Positions 30,301 to 40,238 of a DNA stretch of 64,000 nucleotides are shown one piece after another. The DNA comes from Candidatus Kapaibacterium sp. (GTDB taxonomy: Bacteria > Bacteroidota > Ignavibacteria > Kapaibacteriales > UBA2268). The stretch covers positions 1,920,001 to 1,984,000 of the forward strand of contig OY762428.1 of the NCBI GenBank assembly GCA_963665665.1, written 5' to 3'. The position numbers were made by a program, and so were the translations under genes. Each line of letters starts with the position of its first letter. The stretch's first letter is position 1. The notes beneath the pieces were generated by a model. It ran no database searches. It saw only the letters and a list, made by a program, of their open reading frames with translations, and was not told the DNA's origin.

Positions 30301-30795
30301 ACCTCGAGGATTACGGTTTATTACCGGGAAGAAATTGCCGCAGATTATGTTCACTACAGGAATAATGCTCCATGGCCGGCGGCAGCAGACGGAAGCGGAA
30401 ACAGCCTTGAGCTGATAAGCCCCGACAGGGACAACAGGCTGGCAGTAAACTGGACTGGCAACGGAGCCATGCAGGGGTCTCCCGGAGGGCCTAATACTCC
30501 TGTTACATCAGTTAGTGAAGACTGTAGTAATATTAAAATGAGTGGTATCTATCCCAACCCGGCTGCGGATAAAATTAATATTCAATTTATTTGTGAAGAT
30601 ATTATCCCCGTATCTATCAACTTTTATGATCTCTTAGGAAATCAGGTCCTGTCCGGTTCTAAAGCAATTTCCAATAATGGATTCAATAACAGGAAAATTG
30701 ACATTAGCAGTTTATCTCCTGGAGTTTATATTGCCAGAATAATCCGGGGCAGCGACAATAAGGTATGTGCTAATATGAAATTTGTGAAGAGATGA
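27340..30795 (+). CDS. CotH kinase-family protein paralog with LTD and T9SS CTD
   Basis: INEIMA..DWIEIYN; LLRNGGQDW; NYDWPFNN; WRMVSFDHD; IYPNPA...PGVYIARI. Confidence 0.88.
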   Translation: MTMKSIAQFLIILLSFGSLSAELKINEIMAANGNAHHDEDFDTPDWIEIYNDSDDEINLGDYYVSDKYDFSKAWKLPQRNLPGKSYQLVYASDKNRYGTDHFTTAASGFHLGSWAKDDGFRFNYIPVDGDFDIEFEIFSVREYYYGTTIGLMVRDELTQKSPYAAFFVNSPVRYNTIFLLRPEIDATFLWKGTSIELKNSQAKIRLQRTGDTVVSYYYSNNYYWKETARFYYPPKSTDYMGIAYCSGETQGLSVFNFADIKVNGISKTLDDFQSEEINTTIQGWQKQADEIHTNFKLNADGEGFYIWDKDGNIVDEMTFGPQVDNISFARFKDGEGSFGLSYPSTPGKPNDNVYSKISSDVIFSHNTGFYNSPIEVELSGRQINGKIYYSTDGSTPTDTSAVYDEPIMIDHTCMLRAVIYEDGRIPGKEKFASYVVGVDTELPVVVVGLDSLLLWDKWTGLFVDINNYMHFEVPAKFSFCFDDGDYSQAGGMRLHGGATRIYPQKSFRFYARGEYGVTKFEYPFFGKESQPEYDNILLRNGGQDWNYSMMRDGIVSNLFKPLKKLDVCAYRPALCFINGEFYGMNNIRERVDDDFIAIKYGLDDKNINIIEHPNRLLNGDFAAYRAFFDSLLAMDMSVDENYRKIEAGLAIDNFIDYVISELFIVNYDWPFNNLKFWSSDDYDGKWRMVSFDHDLSIGFISATPDRNHISYLLGHELEFSRIFGTIMQNSHFRNSFINRSADLLNTVFLPDRLISITDSLAANIRNEIHWQQSRWDSSGKDWENQIVLIKDFARRRPAFMRMNYVDQFGLADTSVVELYSHPDKGGQIRISTIEQPANPWRGIYFRDVPVRIEAIAAQGYKFEGWSLPGLKDSASVAHILLDSMNYIEAYFEKTGQDIPKIVINEIMYNPGNENNCGQWFEIYNNDADAFSTSDIEIFIDNFKILPDKNFDLHPDNYLVFCNNQEKFSAIYNMDTMNLSVNDFTLSNTSRITVYYREEIAADYVHYRNNAPWPAAADGSGNSLELISPDRDNRLAVNWTGNGAMQGSPGGPNTPVTSVSEDCSNIKMSGIYPNPAADKINIQFICEDIIPVSINFYDLLGNQVLSGSKAISNNGFNNRKIDISSLSPGVYIARIIRGSDNKVCANMKFVKR

Positions 30796-30809
30796 TCGCT
30801 ATAACAGAG

Positions 30810-30838
30810 ACGAGCCACAATTTTGTATTGTGGCTCGT
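30810..30838. terminator. Hairpin between convergent cotH and era
   Basis: acgagccacaa...ttgtggctcgt. Confidence 0.7.
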
Positions 30839-30853
30839 TCTTATGAAATAAAA

Positions 30854-31747
30854 TTAATAGCCGTAATGTTTTAGCATTGTAGGATTATCGCGCCATTTAT
30901 CCCTTACTTTCACGAACAATTCCAAAAATACCGGCATTTGCAGATGTTCTTCAATATCAGCCCTTGCTCTTTGGCCAATATCTTTTATCTTGGCGCCCTT
31001 CTTTCCGATAATAATGATCTTCTGGGATTTCCTTTCAACAATTATCTCGGCATGAATAAACCACTTGCCCTCTTCTCTTTCTTTGAATTCGATAATATTA
31101 ACTTCTGTGGAATAAGGTATTTCCTTTGAGTACCCCTTAAAAACATGCTCTCTGATTATTTCCGACACGAAAAACCTTTCCGGCTGCGTGCTGAGCATTT
31201 CCGGATCGTAGTAAAATGGTGATTCGGGCATATATTTCTTCAGAACATTAAGGTAAGTATCAATATTGCTGTTTTTAAGTGCCGAGATCGGTATGATTTC
31301 ATCAAATATTCCCAGCTTGTTCATCTCATCAACAAGAGGAAGCATCTTTTTAATATCAGCATCCAGATCGATTTTATTCAGCAGCAATATTTTAGGAGCC
31401 TTGTTTTTCTTCAGCAGGTTGATAATATATTCATTGGGTACGTCATAGCCTTTCTTCATCGCATCGGAATCTATGATAACCGTTATAATATCAGTTTCAA
31501 CAACCGCTTCTTCAACATAATTCATCATAGAGCGGTGCATTTGGTATTTGGGTTTTACTATGCCGGGAGTATCAACAAAAACAGCCTGAAAGTCATCTGC
31601 TGAATAAATCCCTTTTACTCTTTTCCTTGTTGTCTGGGGCTTATTCGTAACAATAGAAAGCTTTTCGCCCATAATGGCATTCATAAGTGTTGATTTGCCC
31701 GAATTCGGCTTTCCTATCAAAGCAACAAAACCAGCTTTTGTATTCAT
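30854..31747 (-). CDS. era: GTPase Era
   Basis: GKPNSGKSTL, PQTTR, DTPG, NKID, KH-domain IIIGKKG. Confidence 0.96.
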   Translation of the reverse strand: MNTKAGFVALIGKPNSGKSTLMNAIMGEKLSIVTNKPQTTRKRVKGIYSADDFQAVFVDTPGIVKPKYQMHRSMMNYVEEAVVETDIITVIIDSDAMKKGYDVPNEYIINLLKKNKAPKILLLNKIDLDADIKKMLPLVDEMNKLGIFDEIIPISALKNSNIDTYLNVLKKYMPESPFYYDPEMLSTQPERFFVSEIIREHVFKGYSKEIPYSTEVNIIEFKEREEGKWFIHAEIIVERKSQKIIIIGKKGAKIKDIGQRARADIEEHLQMPVFLELFVKVRDKWRDNPTMLKHYGY

Positions 31748-31841
31748 GTAATAATCGATCCTGTTCTGAAAAAAAACAGCCATTCTATCCGGCACTTTAA
31801 TTTGAGCAGAGATAAAATGGCAAAATTTATTTTAAATAATA

Positions 31842-32150
31842 TCAGTCCTCTTTCTTATAATATTTTAGTATTGCAAATGGAATGATAACACAATATCCAA
31901 TTACAAGTACTACCGGGGCCACTGAAACAGCCCAAGGATTATTCCAGGTTCCGTCAATGGCAGCAGGGCCGTCGCTAAGGCCGGTTGCCATCAGGGCATA
32001 ACCCACGATAATAACAAGAATACCGATCAGGGCAATTTTAATATTTTTCCCGGATAAAGGAAATTCCCATTTTACAGTATTTTTATTTTTGATACTTCTT
32101 TTGGCCGCTACAGGATTTTTTCTGACTTTTTTTGATGCTGTTTTTGCCAT
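31842..32150 (-). CDS. DUF3098-like small membrane protein
   Basis: Two TM helices; GYALM...VAPVVLVIGY pattern. Confidence 0.75.
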   Translation of the reverse strand: MAKTASKKVRKNPVAAKRSIKNKNTVKWEFPLSGKNIKIALIGILVIIVGYALMATGLSDGPAAIDGTWNNPWAVSVAPVVLVIGYCVIIPFAILKYYKKED

Positions 32151-32516
32151 TATCTGCCTTTATAACTAATTAGTGTTTATATCTTATATCTATTTAACTA
32201 CAAATTTAATAAATTCAAGACAATTGCCAATACTATTAGGCGTATTATTCAAATTAATATTATGAATAATTTTAAAATTTGATAAGTTAGTCAAACCAGA
32301 TACAGGGCAACCCTAAATGCAGCAAATGTCCATAATTTTTAAATCTATCTTCCAGATGGATTTGAAAACTGTTTACTAAAAAAATATATATAATAAAATT
32401 TTCAATTGCAATGCAAAGCATTCAGAAAATAAGAATATCTTAAATTTGAGTACTAAAAGTATAATATTTTGTAAATTAGCAATAATTACTGACGGAAATA
32501 AATCAGGGAATAGTAA

Positions 32517-33458
32517 TTGTATTCGTTTTTAGAAAAAAAATGCCCGAAACTTTACAAGATCATTTTTCGGATAGATGATTTCTTTGAACGTGTATCAGAA
32601 CATCACGTTTATCTGATCGGGGCCGGTATTGCTTTCAATATTTTTCTTTATCTGATCCCGCTTTTCCTTTTGGCTGTTTATGTTGTCAGTTTGCTGTTTG
32701 GCCAGGAACTGATGAACAACACGCTCGAAACAGCAATGACGGATCTTTTCCCCCCGACTGATACCGCGCGAAACCTGATCTCTGCAATTCTGAACGAAGT
32801 GTATTTTATAACCGAGCATAGCAACTGGGCAGGATGGATTGGCCTTGGTATTTTGTTATGGCTGTCATCCACTCTGTTCAATTCATTGCGCACGGGGCTG
32901 AACGCGGTTTACGAAATAGAAACACCCAAAATATTTATTTTCTACCGCCTGAAGGATATGTTCCTTGCGGTAATACTTGCTGTTTTGATATTACTATCCT
33001 CCTATGCCGTACCAATATATTCTTTTATAATATCTATCCTGGAACGTGCCCTGCCGAGTACTTTCGAACCTTTCATCTCGGGTTTTGTTTTAACAGGCGG
33101 TTCCATGCTAATGTCCTTTGTGTTTTTCTACCTTCTTTTTCGTTTCGTTCCCAACAAGCGTGTTGAACGATACCCCCGTCTGATAAGCACTGCTATGAGC
33201 GTTATCCTGATAGAAGTTTCCAGAAATCTCTTTGCATGGTATCTGACCAGCCTGAGCAATTACGGCCGTTTTTATGGCACTTATGCTGCCCTTGTATCCA
33301 TGGCGCTCTGGGTATATTATTTCACTCTGATAATTTTGATTTCAGCAGAAGCCGGCTATTATATTAATGAATTGAGAAAAGCCGGAAAAGAAAAAAAATC
33401 AAAAGCAGAGCAAACAAAAACAGAAGAAACACAGCTTAGTAATTCCGACAACCCCTGA
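32517..33458 (+). CDS. YihY/virulence factor BrkB family membrane protein
   Basis: Multi-TM; GLNAVYE; LFRFVPN; YGRFYGTYAAL...WVYY. Confidence 0.88.
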   Translation: MYSFLEKKCPKLYKIIFRIDDFFERVSEHHVYLIGAGIAFNIFLYLIPLFLLAVYVVSLLFGQELMNNTLETAMTDLFPPTDTARNLISAILNEVYFITEHSNWAGWIGLGILLWLSSTLFNSLRTGLNAVYEIETPKIFIFYRLKDMFLAVILAVLILLSSYAVPIYSFIISILERALPSTFEPFISGFVLTGGSMLMSFVFFYLLFRFVPNKRVERYPRLISTAMSVILIEVSRNLFAWYLTSLSNYGRFYGTYAALVSMALWVYYFTLIILISAEAGYYINELRKAGKEKKSKAEQTKTEETQLSNSDNP

Positions 33459-33559
33459 TTCTTCAACATAGATTATCACGGTTAGAAATATGCGATAGAA
33501 ACAAAAGTGTATAAAAACATTTATAAGCTCTAAAACTATGTGCCGAAGCAGGATACGAT

Positions 33560-33790
33560 ATTATAAAATTTAATAGCCCGATTAATAATACGCAATATAT
33601 AGTAAGTATTGTCCTATTGATAATATTTCAAGTTCATAGTGAATACTACTGATATAAAGGTCGGCAATGATGAGATTGAAATTAGCCTTAAAAAGAAGAG
33701 AAACCTTCCGTTGTTATTGGTGGTAATGTCTGATTTCAAACGTCAGGATTATGGGTGGTTGGGAAATAAAAAGTTATATTCTCCGGTAAA
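33560..33790 (+). pseudogene. Possible transposase C-terminal remnant
   Basis: Fragment KFIVNTTDIKVGNDEIEISLKKKRNLPLLL...WLGNKKL recalls C-termini of some transposases; no intact ORF. Confidence 0.35.
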
Positions 33791-33837
33791 GTTATTCCTG
33801 ATTTACGCACGGCTGTTTATGTGACAATCTGTGCTCA

Positions 33838-33872
33838 TAAAAAAAAAGGCCGCCGTTTGGCAGCCTTTTTTT
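33838..33872. terminator. dnaK terminator (bidirectional)
   Basis: aaaaaaaggc-cgcc-gttt-ggca-gccttttttt. Confidence 0.75.
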
Positions 33873-33893
33873 CAAATCTTAGCTAAAGACTTA

Positions 33894-35831
33894 TTATTTG
33901 TCGTCGTCAACTACTGTGTAGTCGGCTTCTTCAACGTTGCCGTCTTTCTTGTTATTGTCCTGTGCGCCGCCGGCATTCTGCTGCTGTGCATTGGGGTCGA
34001 AACCTTCTGCACCGGGCTGGCCCTGCGGACCCTGCTGCTGGTACATGTTCGTGGAAGCTTCGCTCCATACGGCATTCAGTGCATCCATTGCCGGCTGAAT
34101 ATCGGCAGCATTTTCTTTAACTGCTTTTGCAAGACGTTCCTTGGCTTCCTCGATTTTCTTCTTGTGTTCTTCGGGGATCTTGTCGCCAAGTTCTTTAAGC
34201 TGTTTCTCTGTTGAATAAACCAGGTTGTCAGCTTTATTTCTTGTTTCAATATCGTCCTTGCGTTTTTTATCTTCAGCCGAATTGTCCTCAGCCTGTTTTT
34301 TCATATTTTCGATCTCTTCTTTCGAGAGTCCGCTCGAAGATTCAATCCTGATATTCTGCTCTTTGTTTGTTGCTTTATCTTTTGCAGCAACACCAAGAAT
34401 ACCGTTAGCATCGATATCGAATGTTACTTCAACCTGCGGGATACCGCGTGGTGCCGGCGGAATTCCGTCAAGGTGGAAACGTCCGAGCGACCTGTTATCC
34501 CTTGCCATGGGGCGTTCGCCCTGGAGAACGTGAATCTCTACCGATGTCTGGTTGTCCGTGGCTGTCGAGAAAATCTCTGTTTTGCGTGTAGGTATTGTAG
34601 TGTTTGCCGGAATCATAGGAGTCATAACACCGCCGAGTGTTTCAATACCGAGAGTCAGCGGAGTTACGTCGAGAAGAAGAACGTCTTCCACGTCGCCGGA
34701 AAGAACACCGCCCTGAATTGCTGCGCCGATTGCAACAACTTCATCGGGGTTAACGCCTTTTGAAGGCTCTTTGCCAAAGAAGTTTTTCACGAGATCCTGG
34801 ATTTTTGGAATCCTTGTAGAACCACCAACAAGAATGATATCGTCAATCTGGTTGGGTGAAAGTTTTGCATCGTTCAAAGCCTGCTCTACAGGCCTTAGTG
34901 TTTTTTCAAACAGGTCAGCACAAAGTGACTCGAAAGTTGCACGTGTAATATTTATGTTAAGGTGCTTTGGCCCGTCCTGTGTAGCTGTAATAAACGGCAG
35001 GTTCACGTCGGTTGAAAGCATCTGTGAAAGTTCTGTTTTTGCTTTTTCGGCAGCTTCGCGAAGCCTCTGGAGCGCCATCGGGTCTTTCCTGAGGTCTATG
35101 CTTTCCTGCTTGTTGAACTCGTCGGCAAGATAATCAATAAGTTTCTGGTCGAAGTTATCGCCGCCAAGGTGTGTATCACCGTTAGTTGACTTCACTTCAA
35201 ATACGCCGTCGCCAATTTCAAGGATAGAGATATCAAATGTACCGCCGCCAAGGTCATAAACTGCAACTGTCATGTTTTTGCCTTTTTTATCAAGGCCGTA
35301 AGCAAGGGCTGCTGCCGTTGGTTCGTTGATAATCCTTCTTACTTTAAGGCCTGCAATCTCGCCGGCATCTTTTGTTGCCTGGCGCTGAGAGTCATTAAAG
35401 TATGCAGGAACAGTGATAACGGCTTCTTCAATTTTTGTTCCGAGGTAATCTTCAGCTGTCTGTTTCATTTTCTGGAGAACCATTGCTGAAATTTCGGGCG
35501 GAGAGTACTGACGTCCGTCGATATTAACACGAGCTGTGTTGCCATCTCCCGAGCCGACTACTTCATAAGGTACCATTGAAGTCTCTTCGCCAACTTCACC
35601 CATCCTGCGGCCCATGAACCTCTTGATTGAATAAACCGTGTTGTTCGGATTTGTAACTGCCTGGCGTTTAGCTGCCTGGCCCACGAGCCTTTCGCCATTC
35701 TTGGCGAAGCCAACCATCGAGGGAGTTGTCCTTGCACCTTCGCTGTTAGCAATAACTGTCGGGTTTGAACCTTCCATTACTGCAACGCATGAGTTGGTTG
35801 TTCCAAGGTCAATTCCAATAATTTTTCCCAT
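33894..35831 (-). CDS. dnaK: Molecular chaperone DnaK
   Basis: [36 protein letters not shown]. Confidence 0.98.
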   Translation of the reverse strand: MGKIIGIDLGTTNSCVAVMEGSNPTVIANSEGARTTPSMVGFAKNGERLVGQAAKRQAVTNPNNTVYSIKRFMGRRMGEVGEETSMVPYEVVGSGDGNTARVNIDGRQYSPPEISAMVLQKMKQTAEDYLGTKIEEAVITVPAYFNDSQRQATKDAGEIAGLKVRRIINEPTAAALAYGLDKKGKNMTVAVYDLGGGTFDISILEIGDGVFEVKSTNGDTHLGGDNFDQKLIDYLADEFNKQESIDLRKDPMALQRLREAAEKAKTELSQMLSTDVNLPFITATQDGPKHLNINITRATFESLCADLFEKTLRPVEQALNDAKLSPNQIDDIILVGGSTRIPKIQDLVKNFFGKEPSKGVNPDEVVAIGAAIQGGVLSGDVEDVLLLDVTPLTLGIETLGGVMTPMIPANTTIPTRKTEIFSTATDNQTSVEIHVLQGERPMARDNRSLGRFHLDGIPPAPRGIPQVEVTFDIDANGILGVAAKDKATNKEQNIRIESSSGLSKEEIENMKKQAEDNSAEDKKRKDDIETRNKADNLVYSTEKQLKELGDKIPEEHKKKIEEAKERLAKAVKENAADIQPAMDALNAVWSEASTNMYQQQGPQGQPGAEGFDPNAQQQNAGGAQDNNKKDGNVEEADYTVVDDDK

Positions 35832-36222
35832 AATATTACTCCTTTTCAATAAATTCTGTTATGTGATAAATATTAATTTTTTCTTCAATAGTAATTTGAT
35901 TTATTGTCTTTCCGAGCTCCTCAAATCCCTCAGGAAGAGGATATTTGCATCTTAGCCCTTCCCTTAGGGGAGGGTTGGGAGAGGTCGAAAAATATTTCTT
36001 TTATTCTTTGCTCGTCTGGATTTCCATATCCCTACTTATAATAGGGAAAGGATTTCCCAATCCATCTTTCTTTCGGATAAGATATCCGAAAGAGACTTTT
36101 TCCAACATTATCGTCAATAATATTTCGTATATCTTAAAACAACTGTCTTTTAAAAGATAAATGTATGTCATTCAAACTCTATAAAAGAAAATTCCTGCCT
36201 CAGGAAATGGCAATTAAATAAC

Positions 36223-36321
36223 GGGGAATTCCCCTCCTGCGGAGGGGTGCCCGAAGGGCGGGGTGGTGAATAAATTAAAGATTAATAAAACCACCCCTTT
36301 AATCCCCTCCAGCGGAGGGGA
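36223..36321. repeat. REP-like GC-rich inverted repeat pair
   Basis: ttcccctcctgcggaggggtgcccgaagggcggggtggt ... accacccctttaatcccctccagcggagggga; related motifs near 35920-35985 and 51586-51670. Confidence 0.7.
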
Positions 36322-36486
36322 ATACCATTTAAACAAGCTTCCTTTTAATTCAAATTTTCAAAGTTCGTTTTAACCATTTCAAATATTCTTTTTAAGTATG
36401 ACAGCAAGAAAGGGATTCTTTCCTGCTGCCGGTGTTCCATAATCTATAGCTTACAAAATTAACACATATTTTTATATTTTATATGC

Positions 36487-36924
36487 TTATGCAATATTTA
36501 TTTCAATTTCTTTCGGTTTTTCCGGTTCAATCTTGTCAATTTTCAGTTCAAGAATACCATTATTGAAAGATGCGGAAACACTTTCGCGATTCACTTTATC
36601 TGTTAGTTGTATCTGGCGGCTGAAATCACCGAACATTCTTTCATTGCGGATGCAGCAAACTTCCTGGTCGCCTTCGGGACGCTGTTTTTTACCTTTTAGG
36701 GTAAGTACATTTTCTTCACTCACGCTGAGTTTCACATCTTCCTTTGCCACACCGGGAATTTCAAATTTAATATATACTGATTTTTCATCTTCCAGGATAT
36801 CCATGCGGGGCGAAAATCCGCCGAATTCAAAGTTTACGCCTTTTTCCATTTCGCCGGCAATATCGCTCATACGTTTTGTGATTGAACCAAAGCTTCTGTA
36901 GGGATCAAATCTTAACATAGCCAT
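36487..36924 (-). CDS. Hsp20/alpha-crystallin small heat shock protein
   Basis: PRMDI.E...EIPGV.KEDV...ERMFGDFSR...FNNGILEL. Confidence 0.92.
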   Translation of the reverse strand: MAMLRFDPYRSFGSITKRMSDIAGEMEKGVNFEFGGFSPRMDILEDEKSVYIKFEIPGVAKEDVKLSVSEENVLTLKGKKQRPEGDQEVCCIRNERMFGDFSRQIQLTDKVNRESVSASFNNGILELKIDKIEPEKPKEIEINIA

Positions 36925-36973
36925 TTTATTACTCCTTAAATTTTATTTTCAATTTATTTATTTTTATTCTTTT

Positions 36974-37060
36974 TGTCATTCTGAGCGCAGCGAAGAATCC
37001 ATTCTTAATTTTTTAACCGGGAAATTCATGGATTCTTCAGTCGCTTCGCTCCATCAGAAT
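36974..37060. repeat. REP-like palindrome, copy C of the gtcattctgagcgcagcgaagaatc family
   Basis: Same left arm as 14901; right arm gattcttcagtcgcttcgctccatcagaat. Confidence 0.75.
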
Positions 37061-37090
37061 TATATAGTTTTTTCAAAGTTCTAATCAGTT

Positions 37091-37528
37091 TTACGAAATC
37101 TCAACATTTATTTCTTTCGGTTTTTCCGGTTCTTTCTTGGCAAGCGAAATTTCAAGAACGCCATTTACAAATTTTGCTTTTATGCTGTCGTCATCAATAT
37201 TTTCCGGGAGAACGAAAGCCCTTGTAAATTCGCCTGCGCCTCTTTCGGATTTAACAACTCTCATGCCTTCGGCAAGTTCTTCATTTTTCTTTGCGCCCTG
37301 GATAGTTAGCACTTTGTCTTCATTCACACTGATCTTTACATCTTCTTTACTGAGGCCGGGAAGTTCCACATTAACAAGAACTGAATTATCATCTTCGGTT
37401 ATGTCCACCCTGGGAGTAAAGCCTCCGGTTTCAAAGCTGAAGCCTTTGTCGAAATCGCTAAGGAAGTTATTCATTCTGCGGTTCAGGCCTTCAAAGCCTC
37501 TGAAAGGATCAAATTTTACGAGTGTCAT
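37091..37528 (-). CDS. Hsp20/alpha-crystallin small heat shock protein
   Basis: PRVDITE...ELPGLSKEDV...ERGAGEFTRAFVLP...NGVLEI. Confidence 0.93.
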   Translation of the reverse strand: MTLVKFDPFRGFEGLNRRMNNFLSDFDKGFSFETGGFTPRVDITEDDNSVLVNVELPGLSKEDVKISVNEDKVLTIQGAKKNEELAEGMRVVKSERGAGEFTRAFVLPENIDDDSIKAKFVNGVLEISLAKKEPEKPKEINVEIS

Positions 37529-37863
37529 ATCAAATCTCCATTAAAATATTTATAAATTCTGTAGTAGTTTATTTTTCAATTTCCGTTCTTGATTAGCCAA
37601 TACACGAAAAGTGTGCCAAACTTAAAAACCTGAAATTATTACAGTTAATACTGATTTAATGGCATGATGCATGGCAGAACATACTGACAAAATGAACACC
37701 TGATTGCGACATTGCGACATAATGACAGAATTAATGACAATATGGCTATTGTAGAATCAGGGCAAAAATATACTATACATTTTGACGAATTATCAAGATT
37801 TTTATAAACAAACATAAATTCGTAAATTATAGCAAACGTTATTTATCATAGAGGACTGCTATT

Positions 37864-40113
37864 ATGAAAGCCGTAACCCTGATCATCATTTTATTTGTTT
37901 CTATTGCTGTTACTATTGCCAATGACGATGTGGTGTGGATAAAATCCGGGGGGAGATATGGAAGCACAGCATCAAACTATAAAATTGCGGGAAACAATAA
38001 GTATTTCATATTTGAAGAAAACAATGCTACCAATTACATTGATATTAAAACCGGTAACCTGGTAAAAACCTATACAAATTCCATTAGTGATGACGATTAT
38101 TTTGATAATCGAATTTTTGAAGATTTTATTGATGATTCAATTCTTGTTCAGGTATATAGGGATACAATCAACTATTTGAATTTCTATACCAATGAGATTA
38201 AAAAGCAAATAATTCATAATGGTGATTATATTGGTTTCGGAGAATTTGGTTTTGCTGATTATTATGAGGAAAAAAGTTTTTATTCAGAAAAATATAATGC
38301 TCTTATTACAACCAGCAATTCTAAAAGTATCGGAATATGGTATTTTGATACCGGAGTAATTGAAGAATATGAAGGACGCTCAAAAATCATGGGATTGAAC
38401 TATTTGGAGAAAACATCAGAAATAATATTTAGTGATGATGTTAAAATTTACGTATATGATATTGAACAAAAAAAAATAACTCGTGAGTGTATGGTAACAG
38501 AAGGCTGTCCTAATAAAGCAGCCTATAATATTGTTTTATCTCCGGACGAAAGCCTGTTTGCTTTTCAGACATACGATTATTATAACGGATCGTACCTGTA
38601 TATTTATAATTCAAAAACATTGGAAAGAATTAATGTTTTTGAATGCAGGTGGTTTTCCTGCCAGGCATCCATAAGCTTTGATAATAAAGATATAGCTTTT
38701 CCTGATAAAAACGGAAATATTAAAATACTTGATATTGAAACAGGAGAAATAAAGTTTGATTATGATCCAATTGACATTTTGTCCCAGGTATTTTTCTATA
38801 ATAATGATAAAAGTCTCATAGCCGTAAATCAATATACCGGAGTCACTTTGATGTTCGATATTGAAACGGAAGAACAAGTTAAAACATTGGTTGTTAACGA
38901 CGATGAAACTGATATTTTAAAATTGTCCGATAACGGGGAATATCTTGTTGCTTATGGCTATGGTTATGGCAGAATGAAAATCATCAACAGCGAGACGGGA
39001 AATCTTGAACAACTTTGGGTGCTAAGCGGCGCTTTTGGCGACAATGAGTTTTTCCAGGTTGATTTCCACGATGACCTGATATTATGCTGCAATCAGTCCA
39101 AAAGAATTTACCTGATTGACAGGTTCGAAGGAATCCTCGGAAGGTATGATATGGATGAGGAAATTTGGGACGTTGCTTTTGCCCCGGACGGTAATACATT
39201 TTTGTCGGGAAGTGTTGACGGGAAGATAAGAATACACAACACATTGAACGGCATAGTAATTAACGAATTGAATGAACAAGATGGTTTAACCATTTCACAC
39301 TTATCATACTCGGATGATCCTTCAATTGTTTATGTAATATCATTGGATCAGAATGCTGATTCATACGGCAAATATCATCATTGTAAATTTTCAACTAATC
39401 AATTGATTTTTCAGTATCAGGGGTTTGAAAAAATATATTACAGATGGTCACGGGATATAATAAATAACAGGTATTTTAAAACTCTTGGAAAGATATTTGA
39501 TCTTAAACAACAAAAATATATTTTGGACATGGATTTGGAATATTCTGTTGTAAATTTAGATATATCAAAAAACAATAAATATGTTGCGTTTGGAAATCCG
39601 AGCCATCAGTTTTTTGAAAGAGAATATTTTGATTTATTCAACTTTGAAACCAATAAATTAGCATATAGGTATTATATCCCTGACTACTGGACTCGGGTAA
39701 TAGAAAAGAATTTTCGGGGCAGATTTGGTATTCCCTCGTCTGTTGCGATTTCGCCGGATAATAAATACATATATACAGGCTTAAATAACGGTACGATTAT
39801 GAAACTTAAGCTGAAAGATACTCTCGGCACAGACGTAACAGAAGAATATAATCGGGAGGAAGGACTTTTAGCTTATCCCAACCCGCTAACCGACAGGATA
39901 ATAATTGAAAACCGGGCCGACGATAAAATAATTAGTGGCCTTTGCCTGGCGGATATCTTCGGAAACGAGATTGTATCGTACTCTGGTATTGAACTTAGCA
40001 GTTCGAATAATAATATTGAAATAAATTCATTAAATCTGCCAGCCGGAACATATCTCCTTATTGTCCGCTATTCGGACGGAGGGCAGGCGGTTAAAAAACT
40101 GATTAAGTATTGA
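37864..40113 (+). CDS. WD40/beta-propeller protein with T9SS CTD
   Basis: Signal peptide; IWDVAFAPDGNTFLSGSVDGKIRI; AYPNP...LPAGTYLL...KKLIKY. Confidence 0.85.
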   Translation: MKAVTLIIILFVSIAVTIANDDVVWIKSGGRYGSTASNYKIAGNNKYFIFEENNATNYIDIKTGNLVKTYTNSISDDDYFDNRIFEDFIDDSILVQVYRDTINYLNFYTNEIKKQIIHNGDYIGFGEFGFADYYEEKSFYSEKYNALITTSNSKSIGIWYFDTGVIEEYEGRSKIMGLNYLEKTSEIIFSDDVKIYVYDIEQKKITRECMVTEGCPNKAAYNIVLSPDESLFAFQTYDYYNGSYLYIYNSKTLERINVFECRWFSCQASISFDNKDIAFPDKNGNIKILDIETGEIKFDYDPIDILSQVFFYNNDKSLIAVNQYTGVTLMFDIETEEQVKTLVVNDDETDILKLSDNGEYLVAYGYGYGRMKIINSETGNLEQLWVLSGAFGDNEFFQVDFHDDLILCCNQSKRIYLIDRFEGILGRYDMDEEIWDVAFAPDGNTFLSGSVDGKIRIHNTLNGIVINELNEQDGLTISHLSYSDDPSIVYVISLDQNADSYGKYHHCKFSTNQLIFQYQGFEKIYYRWSRDIINNRYFKTLGKIFDLKQQKYILDMDLEYSVVNLDISKNNKYVAFGNPSHQFFEREYFDLFNFETNKLAYRYYIPDYWTRVIEKNFRGRFGIPSSVAISPDNKYIYTGLNNGTIMKLKLKDTLGTDVTEEYNREEGLLAYPNPLTDRIIIENRADDKIISGLCLADIFGNEIVSYSGIELSSSNNNIEINSLNLPAGTYLLIVRYSDGGQAVKKLIKY

Positions 40114-40238
40114 TATTTAAATGTATTCCTCACCCGATCGCTTGAAGTCATCGGTTGAGTTTTTTTCTTCATATTTTTATAAACAAACATAAATTCGTAA
40201 ATTATACCAAACGTTATTTATCATAGAGGACTGCTATT

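Noticed and set aside
37593-37620. CIRCE element before hsp20
   Set aside because: ttagccaat-N9-gtgtgccaa only loosely resembles TTAGCACTC-N9-GAGTGCTAA; too many mismatches to call
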